Positions 49,901 through 64,000 of a stretch of 64,000 nt of DNA are shown one piece after another (positions within the stretch are counted from its first letter, which is position 1; the number at the start of each line of letters is the position of its first letter). This DNA comes from Balanoglossus misakiensis (taxonomy: Eukaryota; Animalia; Hemichordata). The stretch spans positions 1,364,001 to 1,428,000 of the forward strand of contig CM082582.2 of the NCBI GenBank assembly GCA_040954595.2, given 5' to 3'. The translations under genes and the position numbers were made by a program. The notes under the pieces were generated by a model. It had not been told where the DNA came from and searched no databases. It saw nothing but the letters and a program-made list of their open reading frames with translations.

Positions 49901-52900
49901 ACCAAAACTCGTTCAGGGGAGATGGAGGGGCTGCAAACTGCAGCAAGGGCTGGGGGCTGCAGGCAGAATATATGACCAAAGGATACGCGTGAAAAAAAGA
50001 CAATTACCTACTTTGCTACCGTGGGTCTTTGACTAATTAAAACATGATAACGTGCATCAAAGCCAGCCGATGCTTCAGGGGCATAGTATTCCTGAGTTTA
50101 TACGCGAAGAAACCAAGAAATATTCATGAGTATGTAGACGGAACTTGTCTTTTAGCTCAAATTTGACCTGGCTTGAGGTCACTGTGACAGCGCAGCCAGC
50201 GGTAGAATTGGGGTAGGCATGAAGAACATATCTACTACAAAAACTGGTGAGGGCGGGGGGGGGAGATGGGGGGGGGGGGGTGGGGGCTTTTCAGTTTAGT
50301 CACGGTCCTTGGTTTTGGCCTTCGGCTTCACTAGAAAAGCCAAAAAACCACAATGCCGAAGGCCAACTCGTCGAAGCACCTGGTACGTCTATGGCAGAAG
50401 TCAGTATTTACATGTTCTGACTCGGTACACGCCATGCACTTGCCAAGAGATTCCACGAGGAATACCATGATGATGAACGGCTCGGGCGTCTTCGTGTGCA
50501 CGAAGACACGATACTAGACTTCATTGACCCTGTCTCATTCTTTTCTTTTCATGCGCATAAGGACATGAAAAGTCGACCTAACCTTTTGTTTTATCACTTA
50601 CTGTGGTTTTATAGGGATGCTGTGAGTGAAAAAGTGGCACATTCGGGTTGTTGCCTTATACTTAATTTCTCCATTTCTATTGGAGCAGGCTACACCGGGC
50701 CCAGGGTCGAACTTAAACCAATTTGCAGCCGTGATGGTCGAACAATGTCCGACAAACTTTAGGCACGTCAAGCTTATGCCTTCCTGGGTCGCCCGACAAG
50801 AATGAACTTCTATTTTAACGATAGGGCCTATTCTAATCGATACCCGCCGTATCAGTCACGCAATAATGAACACGAAATCCAGATCCCCCAAAATGATGTT
50901 TCACTAGACTCGGGGAGAGTGCTGTTTAGTACCACAGGCAATTAAAGGTATACGGTCACCTATGGAAAATTAGCTATAGTTACCATGGCAAATTGAGATG
51001 TAGCCAATCACAGATTTTTAGTGGGTGGCACACGCGAAAAAAGAGCGCCGCCATATGTTCTCATCTCAGCCATATATGGTCCTATGTAACCACCTCATGT
51101 CATTTACAGAATTGGAACACCCTAAAGAATGTCATGCAGACAATGTCACGTGTTGTTCCATGACCAACCAAACAACAAACTCATGTCCAAATCAATTAAA
51201 TTCCAAAGAATGCTCCAAATATGCAGAATTGCCACGCAAGTCGAGCATACTTAAGCACTCTGCACAACTGAAACATAAAATCCAAGCTTTTAACAATACA
51301 ACAATAAACAATCCATTCTGATCGAATTAATGACCAAATAAAACGAAAAACACAACTCGACCCACAAAAAGTATACGAAGCGCTTTTAATCGCTCATTAA
51401 TGTTTGATCTCGAGGAGACGTGTTAAAAAATCCGCTATGAAAAGCAGGGGAGAACAATAGCCTATTTTTACCAGGTAAACAAACACCAGGTAAAAATCCA
51501 CCCATGCTTCCAGACCGCTCTAGGATAGTGATCCACCCAATGAAACTGTATCTCTTTAACTTTAATTTGCAAACTCGTGGAATTGATCATTTTATAAATC
51601 GCTCCATTTTGACGTTTTCTCTGTGGTTTGTTAATACGAATTTTGTCTGTGCCAAATCTGTCCTCTAATACTGTCACTTGTATTAGAGTTCAAATAACAC
51701 AGAAGTATAATACAACGTTTTGAAAAAGACAGACATTTTTTCGTGGGAACGGTGATATACTTAGGCCACACTCGAGCTAAAAACAAAAGTCTATATTTTA
51801 TCAAAAATGCCTTGGACGCACAAACATCTACAGGATGTGGAAGGGGCGGGTCAAAACCGCGATCTACAACTGTGCCTCCCCCCCCCCCCGGCTGTCTTGC
51901 TTCTATTTGGAGTGTCAATGTGTGATTTAGCGTTGTTTGCGGCAGATACTAAGCTTTGTTCTTGTTTCACTCCATTTGCTGCATTGTGCTGTGCTCTGGT
52001 ATTTCTCCAGGGTCTACGGTTACACTATAGGCTGATTAGTCGTATCTTTACTACACAGACAAAAAACTTCGAAGCTTTATGTCTGTGCCTTTTATGAACA
52101 AGCATCGTCCGATTCGAATTCGACTCGTCATCGGTAGCTATGTTTATTTCGCCCTTGGAGACCTCCCCTGGCCTCGTTAGGATGACTGTTACCAGGACTA
52201 CCTTAAACCAATCTTTTCGAACCGGACGGTACACACGACATGTCTATGTTAATTGTCCAGGTACCAGAGTGTACGTGTGGGCTCCCTAAACCCCTCATTG
52301 GCGGCCGGTCCCTGTCCGAATAAACACGTTTGACAGACAAAAAATGATGAACAAGTGGCTTACTTCAATACTTCGTTAACTAGACGGCTGAACTCTGAAT
52401 GTTGATTCAGCAAAAAAAATGTGTTTACGGCAAGGTTTTGATCAATACGACACATTTACCATTGAAAACGCCCAAAGTAAGTGGGGGCGTTTGACCATCA
52501 ATCAAACCCACGGCCAGGTGCATGTGAACGGCCGAAGCAGTGTAACGTTTCACATTCCGTGCAACGTCCGACACTGTGTGAAAGCGGTTGCTGTCGGGTG
52601 GCTTGACCTAATTTTCGTACATTGATATGCATTTGACACCTCACTACCTGTTTTCTTAATATTGCTAAAACTTTGCGTTGAAATATCACTGAAATGTTGA
52701 TGATCCACGCACAAGTCGTCTACCCCGGCATGAAAAGCTTTTATACAAGAAAACTAATTGCACATGACCACCAAGGTCATACCGCAAGGTGTGTCTAAAT
52801 GTCAAGGAAGGACATTGGGAGGGGGGACTTGGGTCGAGAACGACCATGACGGAGGAAAAACCGACAAGTCATTGTGTAACCTGTTTACTTGCCAATAGTC

Positions 52901-55306
52901 AAACGTCAAAATTTACTCTCAACTTGGTTGCAGATCGAGTCTCCCGAATTTCCAACTTTTATGATTGGGTAAATACCGATATGCGACTGGTATGCGACGC
53001 GTTGACGACGCGAAGATTTTGTTGAAATCAAATGGTTTGTCAAATGTCATCTCACAGTGGAGATACCGTGGTCATCTGACATGAAAGGGTTCGATTGGGT
53101 CTGACCGCCGTCGTTCATCCATGCTTAGAAAGCGGCGATCATGGTACAATGTAAAACCAAGGTCAAACCTTACTGAACACATGTATTGCATGGAGAAACT
53201 TTTCTCCCTGTCTGTGTACTGAACACGTACCGTGATTGCCATAGTTACAAACGTTACCACGTGAGAGAGAGTGCATTTTACATCTGTCTTTTCAATTTTG
53301 TTGCTTTCTTACTATTCGGAATGATGGAGTCGAAACGAAAACTTTTTGCTTCAGGTGGACCTAGGGGAAATACCTTATTTGTGACTTTTTTCATGACCCT
53401 AAAAAGACGTCGGAATTAATGTGGCTGAGGTCACTCAGGACGACGGAATGGTTGAGCGATTTTATTTTATGAGCTCCCACTAGTATTTGTTTTATTGTTT
53501 CGGCAGTGTGTCGCGTTATTCGAGCAATCTGCAGTCTGAAAACGAACGGTTTTCAAAGTTTATAACAGAAGAACAGGGGTTTAAGCATGAAAGGTCCTGT
53601 TGTCTCCCTCGCTGTGTTTGTGTCACTGTGTCTTTGACGTCTGACTGACTGATTAACTGGCTGACTGACTTACTGACTGTCTGTCAACGTCGGTCTGTCT
53701 GACTGTCTGCCCCCTCTCTCTGAGAGAGAGAGTGAGCGAGCGAGCGAGCGACCGATGAGTGTCTCTACTGATGAATGTTGCTCTGTCTGTCTGCTTGTGT
53801 CTGTCTGCCACTCTGCCTGTTTCACTCTGTCTCTCCTAATTTCTTTAAATTTAGGGATATGCTATTAATGCGATATGAAAGACAGACACGACGGAAACCT
53901 TTTATTCTCAAAACTGTCTGTTGTTTGCTGTTAAATATTGCAAAAGGTTAAGGGCCCTTTTCGCACGAGACACATGGCTTTGCAGCCGTAGCTCCCAATG
54001 TCATAACGATTACCCGAACTACCCTAATTTTAGCCCGCCGACCCAAAACAGTTTAGATCTTCGTAAACCGGAAGTAAAAATAACGATGTCAAATATACAA
54101 CAATTCATGAAAATTGCGAGAATCACGCAAGAACTATGATGTCATTCTTCTACACTACGACGGCCAAAGATATAAAAAAAATGAAAAATAAAAAAATGTC
54201 CCTTTCTACCTACCCTATTTTTGAAAACCATGTAATCGGAATAGCACATATTAGTTTTTTTGGCCTGAGACATATCCAATTTCCCAACTGAACATGACAC
54301 GTGATCAAGCATTTTCGACTTATCAGATGCAATCGCTGAACACCTCACACTAAGCGAGGTTTTGTCTGTCTTTATACGCGCCCTTTGTATTTGTGCGTGA
54401 CATGTCCAAGCCTTGTTAGGATCTCCCATAAAATTCTACTCAAATGATGTATACTTTCATACTTACGACTGACAGGTATTTTCAGCGTTGCCAGCTGATT
54501 GTTTGTCAGGTACCGCTTTATAACAAGACGCCCCTCTGAGTTGATAACCTGCAATGTAACATCATTCAATTGGTCTAGTCATGTTAGCATTAGTAAAATG
54601 CTTCAAAAGTGTTAAAGGGACATGATACAAGACACCGTTTATGTTAGTGAATGAACGTTCAACCACACACAACTTCCATCCCGCTTGTATGATACGAGAG
54701 TAAAAACCCGCCCGAAATGAATAAATGGTAGAGACCGTTTATTCATTTTGGCGACTTTTTAAAACTCTCGTGTCTATACAAGCGGAGTGGAAGGTGTGTA
54801 TGGTTGAACGTTGATTCACTATATCCACATGTAGAATAATATAAACGCAGTCTTGTATCAAACATAATTAATGGAAAAAGGGCAGCGAGAGAGAGACTTT
54901 GTCCCTTTAATGAATACAGCCACAATGTTCTGTTTATATCTACTGACGGACCAGGCATGGATTGTCACGTATAATTCTTTGAAACGTTTGGTCCTCTGAA
55001 GAAATCTGAGCACTCATCTACTCAGTTTGCTTATTTTGTCTTCCTCCACCAGTCAGTGGTATCGTCCGATTTGATACTCCACTCTAAGCCTCTTTCTGAA
55101 TGGCTATTTAAGTTGTGATCTGTAAGTCTTAAACCTTTCATCACCCCCCCCCCCCCCGTTTCCTCTTTAGAGGTCCAACATTACCATATAAAACAATTGG
55201 TTTTGACTGAACCATGTTGGTGAAAGGGCTAGGGTCAATTCAACTTACCTTCTGGACATTCATATTTCACAAAGGGTGTTCCAAACAGTGCTCCAAGATC
55301 CAATTG
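43915..55306 (-). pseudogene. Duplicated partial uif-like copy (pre-CTL, CTL, CUB1, CUB2 exons), truncated by the satellite
   Basis: Exons at 55249-55306, 54467-54548, 48777-48895, 48116-48331, 46836-46971, 45322-45522 (extra 1-nt deletion near 45447), 44877-45028 (TGA at 44919-44921) and 43915-44116. Confidence 0.85.
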
Positions 55307-57327
55307 CTGTTACAAATAAACAATAAGTTAGCTGCCAGTACACTCAATGATGTACGCGCAGAACGTCAACTGGTAAACAGTGCGCCTGTGTCTCTTCCCA
55401 TAGGAGTACATGGAGAATAGTTAGAAAACTCCCTTCTATTATTGTCATTTTCAGGAAATTTTACACATAGCTCCGACAAATCAAAATAAATTCACCACGG
55501 TCTATTTTGAGATAAACTTTGTTCAATATTGTATCCATAGGCAAACCATTGGTAGAAAATGCTGACCGTCAGCAGTTTTCTTCAATTATCGACTAAATTC
55601 ACGGCCTTGTTTAAAGTCGAAAACAAGTGCAGTGACCCAAAATGGATTTTCATTATACATACAAATCAGAAACGAAAATCCACGATTAAAAGAAATGACA
55701 ATACAAAACACCGTTTATGTTAATGTAAATGTGGATATATAGTGATGCAACGTTCAACCGCACACACCTTCCATCCCGCATGTAGACACGAGAGCGAAAA
55801 CTCGCCAAACTGAAAAATCGGTCTCTACCATTTATTCATTTTGGGCGAGTTTTTACTCTCATATCATACAAGCAGGATGGAAGTTGTGTGTGGTTGAACG
55901 TTCATTCACTACATATACACATGCCCATTAATATAAACGGTGTCTTGTATCAAACATTATTAATAGAAAAGGGCGACGGGAGAGAGAGTTTGCCCCTTTA
56001 AGGCGACATGATGCATGAAGTGGCGAGAGATAAACGCGACTGACCACCGCATTAAACACTGTCAAGCAAGGCACTTCAAATGCCAATTGTTTAAGTGTGT
56101 ACTAAGTAATAGCTTCATGTACCATGTCCTGGGGGGGGGGGGGGGGGGGGAGGGGTCAAATCACAACAGTTAGACATGTACGAATATGAAGAGACGATAT
56201 CAGTTTTTTCATGTCTTCCTTTAGTAAACAATCTTTTTTGAACTTTGTATAGAATTCATTGAACTTTACTTTAGCTTATGAACTCTCATTTGCACATCGT
56301 CATCTTGAAATTGTGTCGACTTTATCATAAGGTTTTTATAACTCAACTAGGTCGCAAAACCTATTTAAGTTAGTGAGAATAGGACGTTCACCTTTTGGGT
56401 TGATGGCTACAGACATTAATCCTGACTCATACACATGTTGCAGCCAGTATACTCTGCAGACATTGGACACAATAGTTTTACTAACCATTGAATTTTATTG
56501 GACCATCAAGTTTATTGACCCATGACGTTCATATAGATTGTATGACACGACTGACGCTATAATCGGTCCATACCTTCGGCGAGCCAAGTGTTTTATAACA
56601 TCATAAGATATTAATACCTATCACCCAGTCAAACGATTTCAAGTTATACAATTTCCACGCCAATAGGACGCCTTTAGGTGGAAATGCAACCAGATATCCT
56701 GAATAGGAAAATATTCCGGGTATCTGTCAAGTTTAGTCCCATATTTAGGGGACCAAGAGCCCTCAGGCGCTTGGTCCCCTTCTGTTATTGCTGGAGTTTG
56801 TCTTCTTTCTTCTTGAGTCGTTTTTTTGCGCCCGTTTTTCTCTGAAATTCCGGCAGGTGCGCCTTCCAAATTTGGCACGGTGGTTGGGGCCCATAGTACT
56901 GGTGCACCAGCCCTTTGAATTTGTAATTAGTCACGTGACTTTGTTGCTATAATCGAGCGAAATTTTCAAATTGACCTAATTTGCACGTTAATTGGGGCAT
57001 GTACATTCTTTTCGCGATATTTGTAGACCATGTGGCAAAAATCCCCTGTGCCAAATTTCAAGGTCCTAGGCCACGTCGATTTTGAGAAGAAGATTTTTGT
57101 AATATTTTTTCGCTTTTTTTGGTGGGCTGAGGACGGACACTGGGGCATCGGACTTTGACCGTCATTACGTTATGTTGTGGAGATCTCATTAGCAGGCTAC
57201 TCACTTCTGGCGGGTTGCAGTAGTCCTTGGAAAATCGGCTGAAATACGTAAACAGACCAGTGATTATTTTCCACGGAATGAATTTTGGGACAACACATTA
57301 TCGGAGTTCAGGCTGTGTTAGGGCGTT

Positions 57328-60300
57328 TTATTGAATTACGCTGAGTTTGGATTGACTACTGTGTTACCACTGAAATTTCTCATAGCAATGTTCTTTCAAT
57401 TTCGAGTCTTTGCAATGTTGTTGACTCCGACCATATTCCTGTTTCAATAGAGGTTCATTTCAACACTTCTGCTGATGAAAGCTTCAGCAGTAGTTCCTTC
57501 AAGCAATGTAATTTTCGAGTTGATTGGAAAAAATTGTCACAGCAGAATATATCCGCCTACACCGGTTGTACCAAAGCCAAGATTGATAAGATTAATTTAT
57601 CCGAAGAGTTATTCTGCACTAATGTGAACTGTACAGACCCTTCGCATTTACAGGCAATTGATACTTGTTATAGTAGTATTGTGGACGCATTGAATTGTGC
57701 TGCAAAAGATACCATTAGACGTAAGTTTCACCAGAAAGTTCATGTTGTGCCTGGCTGGAACGATTTTGTAAAAGAAAGTCACGACTATGCCCGTTCCATG
57801 TTTTTATTATGGGTTAATGTGGGTTAACCTAAACAAGGCCCGCTTTTTGAAACCATGAAATCTTCCAGAGCTCGTTTTTAGTATGCTTTACGTGCTTGTA
57901 AAAAGATTGAGAATCAAAATAGGGCTGACAAGATGGCTGATAATTTACGCTGCCACAAACAGAACGACTTCTGGGAGGAAGTCAGAAAGCAAACTAGCAG
58001 AAAAACGCCGCTTTCTGACACTGTAGGTGGAGCGACTGGTGAGAGTGAAATTGCAATTATGTGGCACAAGCATTTCAGTGATATTTTGAATTCTGTCCAG
58101 GCTCAGACTGGTAAAAATGACATCGAGGAGAAAATGAAGTATGTTAAAGTTTCTTCTGATATGTATGTTTCTGAAGACGAAGTAATTTCTGCTATACATA
58201 AGTTACCTGATGGTAAGACAGCTGGCATTGACAATATTTTAGCTGAGCACCTCAAATTCTCAGACTCCTCTATTTTACCCTTTTTGACTTGTTGTATTAA
58301 TGCAATGATTGTTCATGGTTACCTGCCAACTGAGGCTATCAATGTTAATTTAGTTCCAATTATTAAGGATAAAACTAAGCTTTGTAGTGATGCCAGTAAC
58401 TACCGGCCGATAGCACTAGCAACTGTTTTCTCTAAAGTTTTTGAGCATATTTTACTTTCTCGTTGTGAGGAGTTTCTTACCTCTCATTATTTACAATTTG
58501 GTTTCAAGCGAGAACATTCAACTGACCTGTGTTTATTTGCATTTAAAGAAATCATTAGCTACTACACCAGCAATGGAAGACCAGTGTTTACTTGTTTTCT
58601 GGATGCTTCAAAAGCTTTTGACAGAGTTAATCACTTTAAACTGGTTATAATTAACAAGCACATCGACAGGAATGTTCCCTTGTATGCTGTACGAATTTTA
58701 TATTAATGGTACAGAAATCAATTGTTTACTGTGTTGTGGGGTAATGAAACCTCAGAGTTGTTTTCTGTTTCTAACGGTGTAAGACAAGGGGGGGGGGGGT
58801 ACTCTCTCCCTATCTTTTTAATGTCTACATTGATGATATTATCAATGCACTCTGTAAAGCCAAAGTTAGCTGTACCATGTGTGGTGTCAGCGCTAACACT
58901 TTAGGTTACGCTGACGACATGACTCTACTCAGTCCAAGTATTAAGGGTCTACGCCGTCTTCTTAGAATTTGTGAAATTTATGGCAAGGATTATGATATCA
59001 TTTATAATTCTAGTAAAACTGTGTGCATGCTTTTTAATGGGAAGAATATGAGCGTTCAAAGAATTCCTTCGGTTAAACTTAATGACATCACCTTAAAGTT
59101 TGTACCTGTACACACCTATCTGGGCCATGTTATATCTTGTGATGGTTGTGATAATGAAGATATTGAACGACAGAGAAGAGCATTTTGTGTAAGAGCAAAC
59201 ATGCTATTGAGACATTTTCAACATTGTAGTCAAGATGTGAAGAAAGTTTTATTTTTGGCATATTGTAGTAATATTTACTGTTGCAGTTTGTGGGCATCCT
59301 TTAAAGTTAAACCGATGAAAAAATTTAAAACTATGTACAATAATGTTTGCAGAAGATTTCTCGGTCTTCCGCCATTTTGCTGTGCATCGGGTATGTTTGC
59401 TACAAACCATGTACATGTATTGTCACTTGGTGAAGTTTTTAGACGCAATATGTACAGTTTTAAGATGGGTCCCTGGGATCTTTTTGCTCGTTGCTGTGGG
59501 CCTTTATAGGACATTACACCCCGATTTGGACTAAGCCGTTTTCAGAGTCTAACAAGGGGCTGGTAACTAGTTGAAAATCTGCACGATTATGTGCACACCC
59601 CCTGTCCGAGTATGTTTACGGCAGCTACCACCCGGCCATAGGCCGCCACGCTAATACGGCAAAGCAGCGGTCAGCGATAGCGTGCGCGTCCTGTAACCAC
59701 AGTAACTGGATCGAACGCTAAAAATCCAATGTTTTGTACACAGAGATTTTGTACCGTTCACGAAAATCCCTAAGGCTTTTTTCATAGGCCACGTACGCCA
59801 GTCAAATTTGACCTGCTTGTTGAGAACGCACTTCCGCACAGTGTGACGGATCGTTTTTTCGGTTTTCGTCGTGCTAAGAAGCGATACCGGTGGAAGAGTG
59901 CGTCCAAAAACACCCAAAATCGATGACTTTTTCAGGTGTGGTACGGGTATGCTGAAATCTTAGGATACAACGATAATATTCGAAAACAAAATCCGTCACG
60001 ATCTTCCCTGGTTCAAGCAACTAATGAATACGTATCAAGTTCGTTTTTGAGGTCACGGAATAAAAAGCCTTAGGCTTTTGAAATTTGACCTAGCTAATTT
60101 TCATATCAATGGCGTCAGGAGGCGCGCGCTCACAATCGTGCAGATTTTCAACTAGTTACCAGCCCCTTGTTAGACTCTGAAAACGGCTTAGTCCAAATCG
60201 GGGTGTAATGTCCTATAAAGGCCCATAGCAACGAGCAAAAAGATCCCAGGGACCCATCTTAAGCGTAGACTCGAAAATTCTTCTAATGTTTTACTTGATG

Positions 60301-60487
60301 CGATCTGTTCATCAGATAGAGCGACTGACAGCATATTTTTCAAACATTGGCGAAAGCAATTGTATATCATGTAAGTTTTTTTTTTGTGTGTGTCTCAGTG
60401 TCAGATTATTATTATTGTTTTTTTTTCTTCTCTCTTTTGGGTATATGGACTTTTTTTAAAGTCTGAAATAAAGAATTGTTATTATTT
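57328..60487 (+). mobile_element. Duplicate of the non-LTR retrotransposon, with an extra frameshift in a poly-G run
   Basis: Same RT motifs; the longer G run at ~58788-58799 shifts the frame. Confidence 0.92.
59464..60258. mobile_element. Duplicate of the 795-bp TTAA-flanked MITE
   Basis: Same TIRs and TTAA flanks. Confidence 0.92.
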
Positions 60488-61371
60488 GTTAGCTGTTGCC
60501 ATTCAAATGTGTCTACGCAAACCCGGCTACACTGGCAGTGGGCTTTGACTCTAAGTCGCTAATGTTGTGGGAGGTTTCATTAGCATTGTAGTCACATGTA
60601 GTGGATAGTAGTTTGGGAAATTGCCTGAAATACGTCAGCAGACCAGTGATTTTCTTGCACGAAGGGAGTTTGGTACCAGCAATAATCAGAGATCAGGCTT
60701 CGTTGCCGTTCAAAAGTTCCTACTTCAGTCGTGATGTTGCAACTGGACGTTCAGTATGGGGGTCGGCCCGCAGGTGGCCGTGTGGGTTATCAGGTCGCCC
60801 GTAACGGCACGCAGCTACATGCAGCTGTATGGGACCAAAATAATACACCCGATTCGGGGGTCACCTGTGACACCTGCGTAACTCAATAATTATGTGCATG
60901 CGTAATTGTGGGGTCAATGAAAGGGGTGGTAGCGTGGTATTTGTTGCACATGGATCAATATGAAGTCCAATTTTCCCGTCAAGTTGTGGGCGACCTTATG
61001 TGACCTTTCACCTACTTTTGCTTAGTGAGCATCTACAGAAGATGCATGCAGCTTTGGCTTGGGGGGGGGGGGGGCATATACGGATGGGACCATAATGATA
61101 TACCAAAGGCGGGGTCACCTGTTGCACCTGCCTAAGTCATTGATTTTGTACATTTAATTGGACACTAACCAACAGGGCGATAGGTGTGGTTTTTGTTCCA
61201 CAGGGACGAATGTAAGTGTCAGTTGGTTTTTGCCCAAATGTATAAGGTGATTTTGATGACCTCTGTCATACAGTGCCATATCTCATCCTGTTGTACAGGT
61301 GCAGCTTTGGTATTTGGAGGGATGAAACTATCATGAAATGCCAAATACAGGGGGATACCTTTGACACCTGC

Positions 61372-64000
61372 CATGATTTTTTTCAAAAATCGACGAAATT
61401 TTGAGATTTTGCAAAGTCGAAAATTTGTCATTTTTTGATGATTTTCACCCGTCTTTTTTCAAAAATCGACGAAATTTTGAGATTTTGCAAAAGAGGAAAA
61501 TTTGTCATTTTTTGATGATTTTCACCCAATGTTTTTTTTTCAAAAATGGACGAACCCATGATTTTTTTCAAAATCGACGAAATTTTGAGATTTTGCAAAG
61601 TCGAAAATTTGTCATTGTCATGATGATTTTCAACCATGATTTTTTCAAAAATTGACGAAATTTTGAGATTTTGCAGTCAAAAATTTGTCATTTTTTGATG
61701 ATTTTCACCCATGATTTTTTTTCACAAATCGACGAAATTTTGAGATTTTGCAGTCGTAAATTTGTCATTTTTTAATGATTTTCCTCCATGATTTTTTTTC
61801 AAAAATCGACGAAATTTTGAGATTTTGCAAAGTCTAAAATTTGTCATTTTTTGATGATTTTCACCCATGTCTTTTTTCAAAAATCGACGAAATTTTGAGA
61901 TTTTGCAAAGAGGAAAATTTGTCATTTTTTGATGATTTTCAACAATGATTTTTTTTCAAAAATCGACGAAATTTTGAGATTTTGCAGTCAAAAATTTGTC
62001 ATTTTTTGATGATTTTCAACAATTTTTTTAAAAAATCGACGAAAATTTGAGATTTTGCAGTAAAAAATTTGTCATTTTTTGATGATTTTCACCCATGATT
62101 TTTTCAAAATTGGCAAAATTTTGAGATTTTGCAAAGTCGAAAATTTGTCATTTTTTGATGATTTTCACCCATGATTTTTTTTCACAAATCGACGAAATTT
62201 TGAGATTTTGTAGTCGTTAATTTGTCATTTTTTGATGATTTTCCCCCATGATTTTTTTCAAAAATCAACGAAATTTTGAGATTTTGCAAAGTCGAAAATT
62301 TGTCATTTTTAGATGATTTTCACCCGTCTTTTTTCAAAAACTCGACGAAATTTTGAGATTTTGCAAAGAGGAAAATTTGTCATTTTTTGATAATTTTCAA
62401 CAATGATTTATTTCAAAAATCGACGAAATTTTGAGATTTTGCAGTCGAAAATTTGTCATTTTTTGATGATTTTCCCCCATGATTTTTTTCCAAAATCGAC
62501 GAAATTTTGAGATTTTGCAAAGTTGAAAATTTTTCAAAAATCGACGAAATTTATAGATTTTGCAAAGAGGAAAATTTGTCATTTTTTGATGATTTTCACC
62601 CATGATTTTTTTCAAAATTGACGAAATTTTGAGTTTTTGCAGTCGAAAATTTGTAATTTTTTGATGATTTTCACCCGTTTTTTTTTCAAAAATCGACGAA
62701 ATTTTGAGATTTTGCAGTCGAAAATTTGTCATTTTTTGATGATTTTCACCCATGATTTTTTCAAAATTGACGAAATTTTGAAATTTTGCAGTCGAAAATT
62801 TGTCATTTTTTGATCATTTTCCCCATGATTTTTTTCAAAAATCGACGAAATTTTGAGATTTTGCAAAGTCGAAAATTTGTCATTTTTTGATGATTTTCAC
62901 CCTTGATTTTCTTCAAAAATCGACGAAATTTTGAGATTTTGCAAAGTCGAAAATTTGTCATTTTTTGATGATTTTCACCCATGATTTTTTTCAAAAATCG
63001 ATGAAATTTTGAGATTTTGCAGTAAAAAAATTGTCATTATTTTGATGATTTTCGACCATGATTTTTTTCAAAATTGACGAAATTTTGAGATTTTGCAGTC
63101 GAAAATTTGTCATTTTTTGATCATTTTCCCCAATGATTTTTTTCAAAAATCGACGAAATTTTCAGATTTTGCAAAGTCGAAAATTTGTCATTTTTTCATG
63201 ATTTTCACCCATGATTTTTTCAAAAATCGACGAAATTTTGAGATTTTGCAAAGTCGAAAATTTGTCATTTTTTGATGATTTTCACCCATGTCTTTTTTCA
63301 AAAATCGACGAAATTTTGAGATTTTGCAAAGTCGAAAATTTGTCATTTTTTGATGATTTTCACCCTTGATTTTCTTCAAAAATCGACGAAATTTTGAGAT
63401 TTTGCAAAGTCGAAAATTTGTCATTTTTTGATGATTTTCACCCATGATTTTTTTCAAAAATCGATGAAATTTTGAGATTTTGCAGTAAAAAAATTGTCAT
63501 TATTTTGATGATTTTCGACCATGATTTTTTTCAAAATTGACGAAATTTTGAGATTTTGCAGTCGAAAATTTGTCATTTTTTGATCATTTTCCCCAATGAT
63601 TTTTTTCAAAAATCGACGAAATTTTCAGATTTTGCAAAGTCGAAAATTTGTCATTTTTTCATGATTTTCACCCATGATTTTTTCAAAAATCGACGAAAAT
63701 TTGTCGAAAATTTGTCATTTTTTGATGATTTTCCCCCATGATTTTTTTCAAAAATCGACGAAATTTTGAGATTTTGCAAAGTTGAAAATTTTTCAAAAAT
63801 CGACGAAATTTATTGATTTTGCAAAGAGGAAAATTTGTCATTTTTTGATGATTTTCACCCATGATTTTTTTCAAAATTGACGAAATTTTGAGTTTTTGCA
63901 GTCGAAAATTTTTCATTTTTTGATGATTTTCACCCGTTTTTTTTTCAAAAATCGACGAAATTTTGAGATTTTGCAGTCGAAAATTTGTCATTTTTTGATG
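61372..64000. repeat. 78-bp satellite array, second copy (continues off the window)
   Basis: Same monomer and same starting variant order as at 29411. Confidence 0.98.

Larger units (their letters stand above)
43812..64000. repeat. Second copy of a ~32-kb tandem segmental duplication (of 11857 onward); runs off the window end
   Basis: Offsets of 31946-31961 throughout. Differences are mostly homopolymer lengths plus a few substitutions. Confidence 0.97.

Overview
Eukaryotic, AT-rich, intron-containing DNA, probably from a marine invertebrate (taxon is an inference). The minus strand carries the 5' half of a multi-exon uninflatable (uif)-like gene with the domain order C-type lectin, 3 CUB, 4 Sushi/CCP, 2 calcium-binding EGF. 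I reconstructed it exon by exon from splice sites at 2380-23359. It has several independent lesions and looks pseudogenised: an in-frame TGA at the conserved CUB Trp, a dead splice acceptor, a phase-incompatible donor, and a frameshifted, MITE-truncated Sushi exon. Nested on it are a 3037-bp tandem duplication of three CUB exons and a near-identical ~32-kb tandem duplication whose second copy runs from 43812 past the window end. The window also holds a 14.4-kb 78-bp satellite with several higher-order repeats, a 74/90-bp two-monomer satellite, a decayed non-LTR retrotransposon split by a TTAA-flanked MITE, and many non-autonomous DNA elements (Kolobok-type, Tc1/mariner-type, Helentron/HINE-like, and a long hairpin element). 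Most ORFs in the supplied track are spurious. I do not see a clearly novel protein-coding system. The best leads are structural: a strand-specific DNA hairpin with repeated GA/GA mismatches, satellites apparently growing from mobile elements, and the UGA-for-Trp codon shared by three exon copies.
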